A DNA stretch of 64,000 bases, taken from Torpedo marmorata (taxonomy: Eukaryota). Of the stretch, positions 52,811-64,000 are shown piece by piece; within the stretch, counting starts at the first letter, position 1, and each line of letters begins with the position of its first letter. The notes beneath the pieces were generated by a model. That model made no database searches. It was not told the origin of the DNA and was given only the letters and a program-made list of their open reading frames with translations. Location: NCBI GenBank assembly GCA_977017645.1, contig OZ360223.1:68386001-68450000 (forward strand), given 5' to 3'. Both the position numbers and the translations under genes were made by a program.

Positions 52811-55800
52811 AAAAAAATATTTCTTCTTAACCACCTTCATAATTTTTAGTAACTAAACATGGCAATGGGTAATGCCAGAGCTTAAGGTGAGCAAAATGGA
52901 GTGTTTTCTAGGTAAATTGGGTTTATTTTACCAGTTTACAAGCAGAAAGCCGTGAACATGGATATCTAGTTCAGATGCAAGATTTGGATTTTAATTCCAG
53001 CCGAGATAAACAGAATGTTGCAAGCAAGAGGTTTCAGTGTAAAAGAACAAAAGCATGCATTTAATAATCTCCTAACACAAACAATAATCTTTTTCCCAAA
53101 GGTCATTTTTGTTTTCTTTTGAATAAACAAGCCACTAAAAGAACCAGCTAAAAACAACATATTTAGTTAGTGGTGTCAGGACTTTCCCACAGTCAGCTCT
53201 AGTTACCCACAGGTGTTTACGCCAATTTTGAAAGGGAAAACACAAGCTATATTTGATCGAACATCTTATCTCAGCACTCAGATGTTTGGAGGCTTGAAAG
53301 TTGCAGACAAAATGTATACCAAAACTATCAAAACAAACGGCAACACAGCATTTTATCCTCTTTTCTCCCACCCTTCTCCATTCCTTCCCTTTTGCCATTT
53401 GTTTTAAATAAATCTCCCTTCAGAGTTCAAGGCAGACTATTATATTGTGAATGATGTTGCAATGGGAGGCATTCACTTCAAACTACACCTATTTTTTAAA
53501 AAAAAGCATGTTCAACAGCACTTCTTCCTATCATGTTGGCAGATGATTTATGGTTTACCTATTCAGCAAGGTTATGCAACACTGCATGCCTTCAGAAGTA
53601 TTATTTGAGTCAGTTGAGATTTAATTAAGATCACAACCCTTAAAATCCCTGCCCAACGAAAATTCACAAAAGACAACGCACAATACATCCTGGTGCAACA
53701 CCACAGAACAGATTGTTTTCATTCCAATCTTTGTAACAACACAAGCTAATCCCAGTTTCCATGACGACAGACAAAAGTTGACAAATTTTGTTTTGTTTAA
53801 CATTCTGTTCCTATTGCTTACAGTCCCATCAATTAAAATATGCATGCAAAACGAAAGCCTAAGAAAATATCAGTCTCAGTCCTGCTGTGTAAATTCACTC
53901 TCAGTACAGTATTGTAATGCATGGTTGCCTATGTCGTGGTAAAGAAATGACAGGTGCTAGCAGTCTCTCTGGTTGACAGGCCACTGCACAAATAACTGCC
54001 TTTCCTGAAAGGGCTAATGCACTACTAATGAACAATAAATCAACTTTGATTATAAACTGTCATACAAATCAGTTCTCAGTTCAGCACTCTGAGATTCTAT
54101 GCCAAGTCAGCTGTACATTGCTGGAATACATCATCCACATTTAGTTTTGTTCACACAATACTACACTGAAAGTTCAAAATGAAAGTTGAAACTGAAAAAT
54201 CAAAACAGGCCCCTTTTCCCCTTGGCCGCAGAGTTCATCCACTGCTAAACAGGTGCGCATTGGGAGCTCAGGTAGATCATTTCACTTCAATCCTCCAATC
54301 GACAACACAATGTATTTGTCATCTTAGTGGTGCTTTAGGCTCTCCATATCAATAGTGATCCATTCCAGATAGGATTGGGGTATACAGATTCCTGTAACTT
54401 GCATTCTGATAGAATGATAGAAATTTGGAAGGGAAATTTACTTCAAAAGACAAAACTTTGATCTTGCAGAGCACACTGTGAACATCAACTCATTTAGAAA
54501 TAGCTCCTCTGAATGATGATGGCCATGATAAGATAATCTATTTTGTTTACAGTATGTACTGTAGAGACACCAGGGAACATGCAACTCATCTATCAACTAA
54601 TCAATAGCTTTTCAAGTGACTTTTAAACCACTGTGGACTCAAGATAAAACAATCAAAATGTGGCACCTGCTTTCTATACAAATAGACGTAAAGAATTACT
54701 TTGCTGTGAAAATGCACAACGTGCAGTTTTCAAAATTACCTCTGTCATTACTTCATTTCCTGAGGGCTTCCTTGACTATGACAACATCCTATTTGAATCT
54801 AAACACAACATTCAAGTTACTTGAATCTCACACCCTATTGGACTCTGCGGGAATGTGACTGTCGAATGACCAAAAAAAGCTTACTCAATACTGCACATAA
54901 AGCATAAGAGAATGGATGACATATAAACTCAACCTCATTCAGACCAATTCATTCATTCTCCCTGTTGGTTCAATAATGCAATATAATATAATATTGAAAT
55001 TTTACAAAGGTTGTGCCTAGTAACAAAAATATTCTTGGATATTCCTATTTTATGACTCTAATATGTTATAAATTGCCATTAAATGCAGCATAAATTAATT
55101 CTTACAAAATCTGTTCCTGCTGGTGAAAGACAATAAATGACAGTGGATTCAATGATGAAAAGAGCTTTTAAAACAAGCTGATAAATAAAGCAGTATCAAT
55201 GATAAAAAAATATTGCAGAAAGTAACTTGTACTGCTTTTCTCCTAGATAAATTAAATTGTCAGTTTTACAGAGGAAAGGTACTAAAAATTGTGGAATCAA
55301 TCATATTGACAAACCTGACAAACTCCATTTAGCTGCCGCAGTAAACAGAGTGGTGGGCCATGAAACACTAATAAGTCTCCTGTACAAACTCAGCTTTCTG
55401 CAGATACAAACAGATTACACCCGCAAGGGTGAGCACCAACTGACGTGATATACAGTCAATCAGCCACACCCTGCTCGCCAGTCCCAACTACTCACCATCA
55501 ATCCATGAGATTCAGATGCCTCTTGCAGTGACCCTCCTCTTTTGCAATGACAGGTGACATGAAGTCCTTGTGTAAGAGGCTTCATAGTCAATTGTTTGCT
55601 AAAAGAATTCAACCTTATTTTTCACAAAGAAAAATATCCGTTAATTCTTTCTTTGTAGTTTTGTCTATTAACATCAATCAGTTATAGCTTGTGCTAGGTT
55701 ACTCTGGCAGCTACAATGTACTGAGATCTAAACTAGGAACATTTTTATTGAAATGATCATTGTTGCAGTTCTCATGTCATATTGTCCCCACTTCCTGTTT

Positions 55801-56701
55801 TCTAAATAAATTTGTGAATGAACATTCGTTAAAAACAATTTGTTTTTTTTTCTATGCCAAATTCATTGTTTTGCATGCCCAATGTGCATATAAACGCTAA
55901 CATTTTCAGGAGGTTCACACATGTACATGTGCTCAGGTAGAATTTTCAGTGTACTCTGTCATATTTACCTGCTGTTGAAAAGCATCGCCTAAATTTTCAT
56001 ATTAAGATAATTTAAGATTTTACATAAGCAAAACAGGAAGTAATGCTATCTAGATTTTTTTGCTATCATACTTACATAGCTTACTTCTCCTCCCACAGAT
56101 TATCTGGGAATAAAATGTTGTCCCATTGTTTGAACTCAAATTGTAATGTTGGTAAGTGCATACCTGATTTTGGCATAGGAACTGAACATAATAATTCCAT
56201 CCCCTCTCTGCAAAACGTTAATCGAATATATATTTTGTTCTTGATTCCTCTCTGAGCCAGGCTGTCTCCACACTGGAAAACATGAAAGACGGTGTCCCGA
56301 TGGGCATCTTGTAGCTACCTGTGAGCAATCATGTCACTAACAGAGATCCCAAGGTCTCTGTTCCATCCTCAGCAGCATGAGCTGGTGTACAATACTGGGA
56401 CTCCACATGCATATTTACAGAAATATTGTCCTGCACAAATGGACACTTTTCCATTTCTGGCTCCGATACAAATCAAGTCTTTTATCTCAAAGAGCTGCCT
56501 AAAGTTTAGACCTATGATTAGGAGAATGTGTTGTCAGTCCAGCAATACCTCAGACTGTGCCTACACACTCTCACCTAAACAATCCACCAACGAGTTCATT
56601 AGGACAGAGATTAGATGATTTTTTTTCTCCCTCAGATGGTTGTGAACTGCTTGAACTCTTTTCTTCATAGGTCAGTTGAAGCAGAGGCTTTGAATTTGTT
56701 T

Positions 56702-57345
56702 TCAGATTTATTGTCAAGAGTACATCACATACAACCCTGAGATTCTTTTTCCTGTGGGTGAGACAAAATTACCACTTATTGGCAGTACAAAAAAAAACTG
56801 ACCCAATGTGAACATGTAAACAAATAAAGATATGTAAACAAACTGACTGCGCAATACAGAGACAGAAAACAAAATCAATAAAGTGCAAAAGAGTCCTTAA
56901 ATAACTTCCTGATTAAGTTTATTGTTGAGGAGTCTGATGGTGGAGGGGTAGCAGCTGTTTTTGAACCTGGTGGTGTGAGCCTTGTGGCACCTATACCTCT
57001 TTCCTGATGGTAGCAGCGAGAACAGAAGGTGTGCTGGGTGGTGTGGATCCTTGATGATTGCTGCTGCTCTCCGACGGCAGCGTCCCTTGTAGATGTTCTC
57101 GATGGTGGGGAGGGTTTTACCTGTGATGTCCTGGGTTGTGTCCACTAACTTTTGCAGGGCGTTATGCTCGGGGTATTGGTGTTCCCATACCAGACTGTGA
57201 TGCAGCCGGTCAGCACACTTTCCACCATACATATGTAGAAATTTGCCAGGGTTTTCAATGTCATACCATACCTCCGCAAATTCCTGAGGAAGTAGAGGCA
57301 CTGACATGCTTTCTTCACAATGCCATTTGTATGTCGGGTCAGACA
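56702..57345 (-). mobile_element. 5'-truncated Rex1/Babar LINE inserted in an old CR1 remnant
   Basis: KKACQCLYFLRNLRRYGM...VESVLTGCITVWYG and IIKDPHHPAHLLFSLLPSGKRYR. The 3' UTR is shared with 4255-4488. Confidence 0.88.
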
Positions 57346-57529
57346 CTCAACATACAAGACAGAGATAGATAGATAGAGATACTTAATATGAAAGGAGTGA
57401 AATATTACAATCAGTAGATGGGAATGCAGAAACAAGGGTAGAAGTAGATCGGCCAAGGTATCATTTAATGGATAAGCAGACGAGGATCTGAGTGACTTGC
57501 ACCTGCTCTAAACTGGTACGTTTCAATCT

Positions 57530-57960
57530 TTGTTTGTTGGACAATAAGTCTTATGAGGCAAGGTTAGCAGAGTTAGGATTTTTCTCTTTGGAGCGAAGAA
57601 GGATGAGAGGTGACTTAATAAAGGTCTACAAGATTCTGAGAGGCATAGATAAGGTAGACAGCCAGCGCCTCTTTCCCAGGGTGGGAGTAGCAAACACTAG
57701 AGGTCATCTGTGCAAAGTGAAGGGAGGAAAGTTTAGGGGAGACATCAGGGATATGTTTTTTTTTCCCCACACAGAGAGTTGTGTGTGCCTGGAATGCTTT
57801 GTCAGGGGTGGTGCTGGAGTCTGAAACATTAGGGGCATTTAAGAGACCCTTAGACAGGCACATGGATGAAAAAATAGAGGTAGGAAGGGTTTAGTATTTT
57901 TTTGGTGGGAATATTGAGGGCCGAAGGGCCTGTACTGTTCTGTAATGTTCTATGTCTATG
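57530..57960 (+). mobile_element. CR1 3' fragment
   Basis: YEARLAELGFFSLERRRMRGDLIKVYKI. Tail GGGCCGAAGGGCCTGTACTG...ATGTTCTATG. Confidence 0.85.
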
Positions 57961-60279
57961 TTGACAAACTGGACATTTGCTCAACCACTTGGTCTGATCC
58001 TACCTTGACAGGGACATCGAGAAAAAAAAAACACCTCAAGGAAACTGGCTTTGTCTTCATCAGCCAGACCCCTCAACCTTCCAAAGACAAATCCCACTGA
58101 AATACTTTGAGAGTTTGTGAAGGCATGCTCTCAGGCTGCAACTGAGAATGTCTCTGAAGTTCACAACATTCAAAAAACATTAGAAATTGCACACACTTTT
58201 TCAATATTAAAAAATCTAAACTCTACATACCGGTAATACAAGAAAACAATTAAATATAAATTCAAAGAATGAAGATTATCTGAAACGTGCATCTCTCCCT
58301 GCACAGAAATGAATGGAGTTGACGAATCCCTGCTGAGTTCAGCAGGTGGTTTCATCAGTCTAACAGCTGGGAAATCTCAACCTGGACTCCACGAGCAGTC
58401 TAATGTTGGAAAAAAAACATATGTTGGAGCAGTTATCAACTGCAAAGAAACTTAGGGCATCAGTAGTCATGAATGTCTGCGTAAACCTTTGCAGAGGTTA
58501 ACCCAGAACTCTAATGCTGGACCAAAGACATTTTCTTGTGGAAATTATGCGCCAAATCTGTAATACTCTTAAAGAATTTAACCATTCCAAAAATGTACCC
58601 TTGTATCCTTGTATCAAAAGTAAACATACTGTGGGCACATAGGTAATGTAAATTTCTCTTCCACTGTGATTTTTAAGAACTCTAATTTCACTTACCCCTT
58701 GGGTTCAATGCTATAGTGACTGCAGTCCAAATGAAGCTTCTCAATCATTTGTATTACTTTCAGGTTTTCCCCTGAGATGTTGGTTGGTTTTATGATTTAT
58801 TAATAATGCACACAATGGTATACACAAGATTAAAAAGGTTAATGCCTGACTGTGCCCTACCCTGATTGTGTGTCAACAGGAAAATAGGTGCCTTCCAAAA
58901 GGCGAGATTGTGCATGTTCAATCCATAACAGTTGCCCTTTTCTGGGCTTTCAGAATGAAAATTATGACTCAAGCTAGACTATGTCACAAACTCTGTTGAA
59001 TAACAAATTAAAACTTTTGTTAGGTAGTGAGGGGAAAAGGGGAAAAAAGTCCAAGAATTAGAGCTGGGTTCAGCAGTGTGGTGCCAGCATGATTCTTTGG
59101 CCATGAACTCTGGAGGGCATTGTACTCTGCTATCCATTCAGAGGGCAGGTTCTGGGAACTGGGGCAGCTGGAAGTAACCCATGGGAAGTTTATCAGGGGT
59201 GGGTTTGTGAAATCAACAGTATTGGGGCAGTGTCAGAACCTGGGTCGAGCAATTATTGCATAAGAGAATGGGAAATGGTGATGGTTGTGACTGTAATATA
59301 TGGAGTGAAGGGGAGGGTGGAGGTGTTGGTCGGCCAAGGATGTAATTGTGCAATTGACTCACCTGACTCCAGCGATATAATGCAAAGTTCTGGTTATTGA
59401 GAAATGCTCAACTTGGTCTAATTTCTCCTGCACCACTTCAAAACGAATGCTACACAGGGAATAGCATCATCCCTTGTGCCTGGTACGAAAGTATCAGAGA
59501 TACAAGAGTGACTCATATCATAAACCGCCTGATCAAAGTTCCGAAGTGACACAACATCAGCTATAAATCACTCATGAGAAGAAATCATTTTTCAAATGTA
59601 TATTGGTGGGATTAAAAATCATTATGCAATTAGCTTTTTGAGGCAACTCATTTAGCTTCATGCCCTCATCTGCTTTTACAAGGATGCTCTGTATTCCCTG
59701 GCTCTCAAATAAGGAAAAAGCTTCATAATTTTACATCACTAACTAACAATAGCTGTTGATATACAATATCAGTACAACTGGACAGTGGTACAGCATGCTT
59801 CACTCAATTTCTTTAATTTTTTTTGCAGGTTTGAATGAAGAGTGGAAGCATCCAAGATGAAAGATTTGGAACCATTTTGCTTATGTCTAGGTCTTTAAGA
59901 AGTAATTCAAATATGTACTGTAAAACTACAAGTGATGTTTTAATATTTCACTGTTGTGCTGGGATCATAATCTACATTTTACTTATTCATTTCAGACATT
60001 TTAACAATGATAAGAATTGTTTACGTTATATATTAGAAAATTATAAGCCTGGAAACAAAAATAATATACAAATATGCTGTTACAATGCTTCATAATTAAC
60101 AGGAACATGCACTAATCTGACAGCAGGCGATTTTATCTGGACCAGCTAACTGCAGTGGGAGTAAACCACATGACCTGGATTTAGAACACAGCTTGAATTC
60201 TGGGTGGTCTTGAGATGGACAGGGAATTCCCCTGTACAAAACATGGTACTTGATATGATTGGAAGGTAGGACTCCAAAG

Positions 60280-61852
60280 ACTTATCCAACAGGACAGGTT
60301 GGGAAAATGGGCAAAGGCGTAGCAGATAGAATACAGAGTAGGGAAGTGAATGGTGTTATGGACCATGGACTGATCTTTTGGACTGTGGACTGTCATTATA
60401 AAGGATGGAATTCTGCTGAGAACTCTGTGTGACTTGTGGTACAGCTGAGTGCTGACTCGCCAAGGTCGAGCTGTGCAGACAGAGAGACAATGGAATGGCA
60501 GTTGGAGCGGTAAAACATCAGTCAGAACGGCAGTTGGAGCAGTAGAGGGCAACTGGAGAGCTGTGTGAAATGCACATGCCTCATAAGTGAGGAAGGGTTT
60601 AAAAAAAACACACTTTGAGAACCAAGGAAGTCATCTGAGGAAGCCTGAAAAAGGATTTGTAAGCTTACTGCAACGCAACATCAGTCATTTTTCTCTCTAA
60701 CGTTCAATACAACGTCCTTTGTTATGAGTTAAAGAACTGAACTTGGACATTGAACTTTGAGATTGAATTTTGTGGACTGTGTTTTTTGGACTGACTTACT
60801 TGACTGACTGACCTGGGGTTTTGAGGATTTTTCCTTTTTGAATATTGGGCACAGACTGTAATGGTCTGGGTTTTTCACATACACACTGTTTATAAATATA
60901 TGATATCCGTATATTTGCTATAGATACTTATAGTGGGGTTAATTGTGTTAAGACATTATATTGTTAATAGTCATTAATAAATATAGAGTTAAAATTTAAC
61001 CCTTTTGAATTGCGTCTTCTGTTGTTGCTGGTTTGAGTTGTAACAAAGGTCATGCCCTTTGATAGAAAGAATAAAGATGTACCCGGTAGATTATTTTCTA
61101 AATGGGAAGAAAATTCAGAAAGCAGAGATCCAAAGCAACTTGGGAGTCTGAGTGCAGGATTCCCAAAAGGTTAACGTGCAGGTTGAGTCGGTAGTAACAA
61201 AGACAAATGCAATGATAGCATTCATTTCAAAAGGACTAGAATATAAAAGCAAGGATGTAATACTGAGGCTTTATAATTTGCCAGACCACATTTGGAATAT
61301 TATGAGCATTTTTGGGCCCCATATCCAAGGTAGAATGAGTTGATGCCGGAGAGGATCCAGAGGAAATTTATGAGAATGATCCTGCGGATGAGAGGGTTAA
61401 CAAATGAGGAGCATTTTACAGTTCTGTGCCTGTACTTGCGAGAGTTTACTTTAGAAGGATGAGGGGGGCTCTCATTGAAACATACCAAATATTGAAAGGG
61501 CTAGATAGAGTAGATGTGGACAAGATGTTTCCAGTAGTGGGAAAGTCTAGGACCAGAGGGCACAGCCTCAAAATAAAAGGACATGCCAATGGAACAGAGA
61601 TGAGGAGAAACTTCTTCAGCCAGAGGGTGGTGAATCTGTGGAATTCATTGCCACAAACAGCTGTGGAGGCCAAGTCATTGATAGATTTAAAGCAGAGTTT
61701 GATCGGTTCTTGATTAGTAAGGATGCCAAAGATTATGGGGTGAAGGGGGAGAATGGGGTTGAAAGGAAGAATACATCAGCCATAATTTGAATGGTGGAGC
61801 TGACTTGATGGGCTGAATGGCCTAATTCTACTCCTATCATCTATGGTCTTAT
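60280..61852 (+). mobile_element. Degraded CR1 3' fragment interrupted by solo LTR C
   Basis: RRMRGALIETYQILKGLDRVD...RTRGHSLKIKG...NFFSQRVVNLWNSLP. The sequence is continuous across the LTR. Confidence 0.85.
60354..61045 (+). mobile_element. Complete solo LTR copy C (related subfamily)
   Basis: Inverted termini TGTTA...TAACA, AATAAA near the 3' end, and flanks ATGG / AAGG consistent with a 4-bp TSD with one mismatch. Ends are shared with copies A and B; the middle is different. Confidence 0.85.
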
Positions 61853-61889
61853 GACTGATGGGTAGAACGGTCATTGTGGGCCGCACATT

Positions 61890-62190
61890 TAGGGCAGCAC
61901 AGCTCCAGTGACTGGCTCAATCCTGATTTCCAGTGCTGACTGGGGAGTTTGCAGATTCTCCCTGTGAATGCTTTGTTACCTCCAGGTGCTCCAGTTTCCT
62001 TACACATCCCAGATATGCTCTGTAAATCACGCCTAGCTTGTGGGCGAGTGTAGAATCTGGAGGAAGTTACTGGGAATGTGGGGAGAATAAAATGAGATTG
62101 ATGCAGGATCGGTCTAAATGGGTGCATGATGCTCGGCATAGATTCCGTGGACCAAAGAGCATGTTTCCTTGCTGAATGACTCTGTGTAAG
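61890..62190 (+). mobile_element. Degraded V-SINE
   Basis: GGAGTTTGCAGATTCTCCCTGTG...GGTGCTCCAGTTTCCTTACACATCCC followed by a CR1-like tail. Confidence 0.7.
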
Positions 62191-63016
62191 CCAGGCCAAG
62201 AGTTGGGATCTGCAACCAGATGAGTTTCAGAGAATGATTTGCTTCTTCTTTGAAGAATGAGTTGAAAATCAACCTGCAGACGCAACACAATATGATGTTG
62301 CCAGCAAAGCCACATTTGTCATACAGCAAAACTGCCCTTGAGAAGGTAGTGTTAGCTATTTAAAAATACTGCAGTCTTTCTGGTTAGCATACTCCCAAAG
62401 AACTGCTGGGTTGGGATTTCCAGGATACAGACCAGTGACAATGAAGGACCACTAACGTGATTTACAATGGCAAAGTATCTTATCAAGCTTGTCTTTGGGA
62501 TGTGAAAGGAAATTGGAGGACCCAGAGCAAACCTGTGTGGTCACTGAGAGAATGTGTCAACTACTCACAGACAACACCAGAGGTCAGGATTGAACTTGGG
62601 TTGCTGCTACAGTTTTACTTGTGCAGGCCATTCTCAGAAGCTAACACCCACAATATTGTGCTGAGAACAGATGGTGATCTCAGTCAGTATACAGCACTGA
62701 TTTCATGGAAGCACAGCCATTTTGAAGTTCAGCCTATTTTTCTTAGCCTTTCTTACGTACCGGACAGCAGCGATAGAAATTAGCCCAGACGGTGTTATAT
62801 TTAAAATAATATTTTTAATTATTAATCAACAATTATTTCACACCTAATCTAATTTAACTAACTTATCTAAATTTAACTAAACTTATCTATACTTACCTAA
62901 CTTAAACTCTAACTATGCGCGAATATATTGGTGTGTGTGGAATACCCCAAGCCACCACAGCTCAAGGCCCAATTCTCGGAAGGCAGTTCAAAGTTCAGTT
63001 TCGGAAATTCAGTGAT

Positions 63017-63280
63017 GACACGTGGGCTTGAAATTGATGCAACACGCAGGCTTTAGATGGGTGGGACACACAGGCCTCAAGTGGATGTGACACACGGGCT
63101 TTAAGATGGGTGAGACACGCATGCCTTAAGTGGATGCGACACGCAGGCTTTAAGATGGGTGAGATACACAGGCCTTAAGTGGATGCGACACGCAGGCTTT
63201 AAGATGGGTGAGACACACAGGCCTTAGAATGGTGAGACATGCAGGCCTTAGATGAATGCGACACGCAGACTTTAAGATGA
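63017..63280. repeat. Minisatellite of ~11 monomers of 24/25 bp, mostly alternating as a 49-bp dimer
   Basis: GACACGCAGGCTTTAAGATGGGTGA and GACACACAGGCCTTAAGTGGATGC repeat in turn. Confidence 0.9.
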
Positions 63281-63451
63281 GGTTAGCAGTTCATGAAGTG
63301 GGTAAAAGAGACCGGGGGTGACAGAACATTGATTAACTCACAAAACCCTTGTTCAGGTGCTTCAGCGAAATGTTCTTTTTAAACAAGTGCCAACCAAAAC
63401 TGCCCTCTTCTCTGGTGTGGGGGACACGAAGCAAGTGATGCTCAAAGTTTC

Positions 63452-63640
63452 CAGAACCCTTTTCCGTGGGTCAGCCGAACTCAAATGACTCTCGCTCTAG
63501 TCATCATCCAAGCGCAGAATCTCTTCTGCCTTTAGAACCCTTTTTGTGGGTCAGTCGAACTCAAGTGACTCTCACTCTAGTCACCATCCAAGTGCAGTAT
63601 TTCTTCTGCCTTCAGAACCCTTTTCGTGGGTCAGTCGAAG
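63452..63640. repeat. ~80-bp tandem repeat, ~2.3 copies
   Basis: AGAACCCTTTT..GTGGGTCAG.CGAA recurs at 63453, 63534 and 63614. Confidence 0.85.
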
Positions 63641-64000
63641 TGGTCTCTCATCCCTCTATACTAACAGGAGGGACTCTGACAGTTTGTCTATAACCACACA
63701 ATGAGGCCAAGTGGGTTTCTATTTCCCACAAGGAGGTCGAAGAGTTCTTTACTCTTGTGCTGCTTCCTTAAAATGGCCCCTTCAGAAGTGACTTTTCCTT
63801 TGCCACGATGGGATTCAACGTCTCCTTTTGCCACGATGGGATTTAACAAGTCCCCTTCAAAGTGACCTTTCCTTTGGCCACACGAAGCCACTTCAGCACA
63901 GTATAATTCAAAGAGCTGTTGCTCCTGTGCTACTCCCTTAAAATGGCCCCTGAGCAAACTGAGTACAGTGTCTTGAACACGCTGGTCACATGGTCTCTGC

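Larger units (their letters stand above)
62793..64000 (-). mobile_element. Probable large LTR (3' end in window, continues past the window edge) with internal tandem repeats
   Basis: The minus strand ends in an AT-rich tract followed by TATAACA. There is an abrupt compositional change and several internal tandem duplications. Confidence 0.5.

Noticed and set aside
63017-63280. CRISPR-like alternating repeat/spacer pattern
   Set aside because: The apparent spacers are themselves repeats of a related monomer. There are no unique spacers or cas genes, and the context is vertebrate.

Overview
This is eukaryotic DNA from a cartilaginous fish; the HE1-type V-SINEs, CR1 LINEs and Penelope remnants point to a shark or ray. 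The window is mostly intron of a FOXP1 gene on the minus strand. It contains four consecutive coding exons with GT-AG ends (34177-34314, 29452-29541, 9601-9757, 6464-6659) encoding the Q-rich N-terminal region up to ...HTPKRE; I did not find the flanking exons in the window. The introns hold many nested transposable elements: CR1 and Rex1/Babar LINE fragments, three related solo LTRs plus a larger LTR, Tc2/pogo and hAT DNA transposons, Penelope-like elements with decayed hammerhead cores, tRNA-derived SINEs and two 5S-rRNA-derived SINEs. No ORF in the track is an intact stand-alone gene, and there is no CRISPR or prokaryotic system. The best leads are inferences: (i) the four exons match the human circFOXP1 exon set, are flanked by inverted repeat pairs and keep a full-circle ORF; (ii) a candidate poison exon behind a 77-nt mini-intron; (iii) a 5S-derived SINE with a Rex-like tail; (iv) independent LINE insertions at the same homologous CR1 site. 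Transposon boundaries lacking TIRs or TSDs are approximate.
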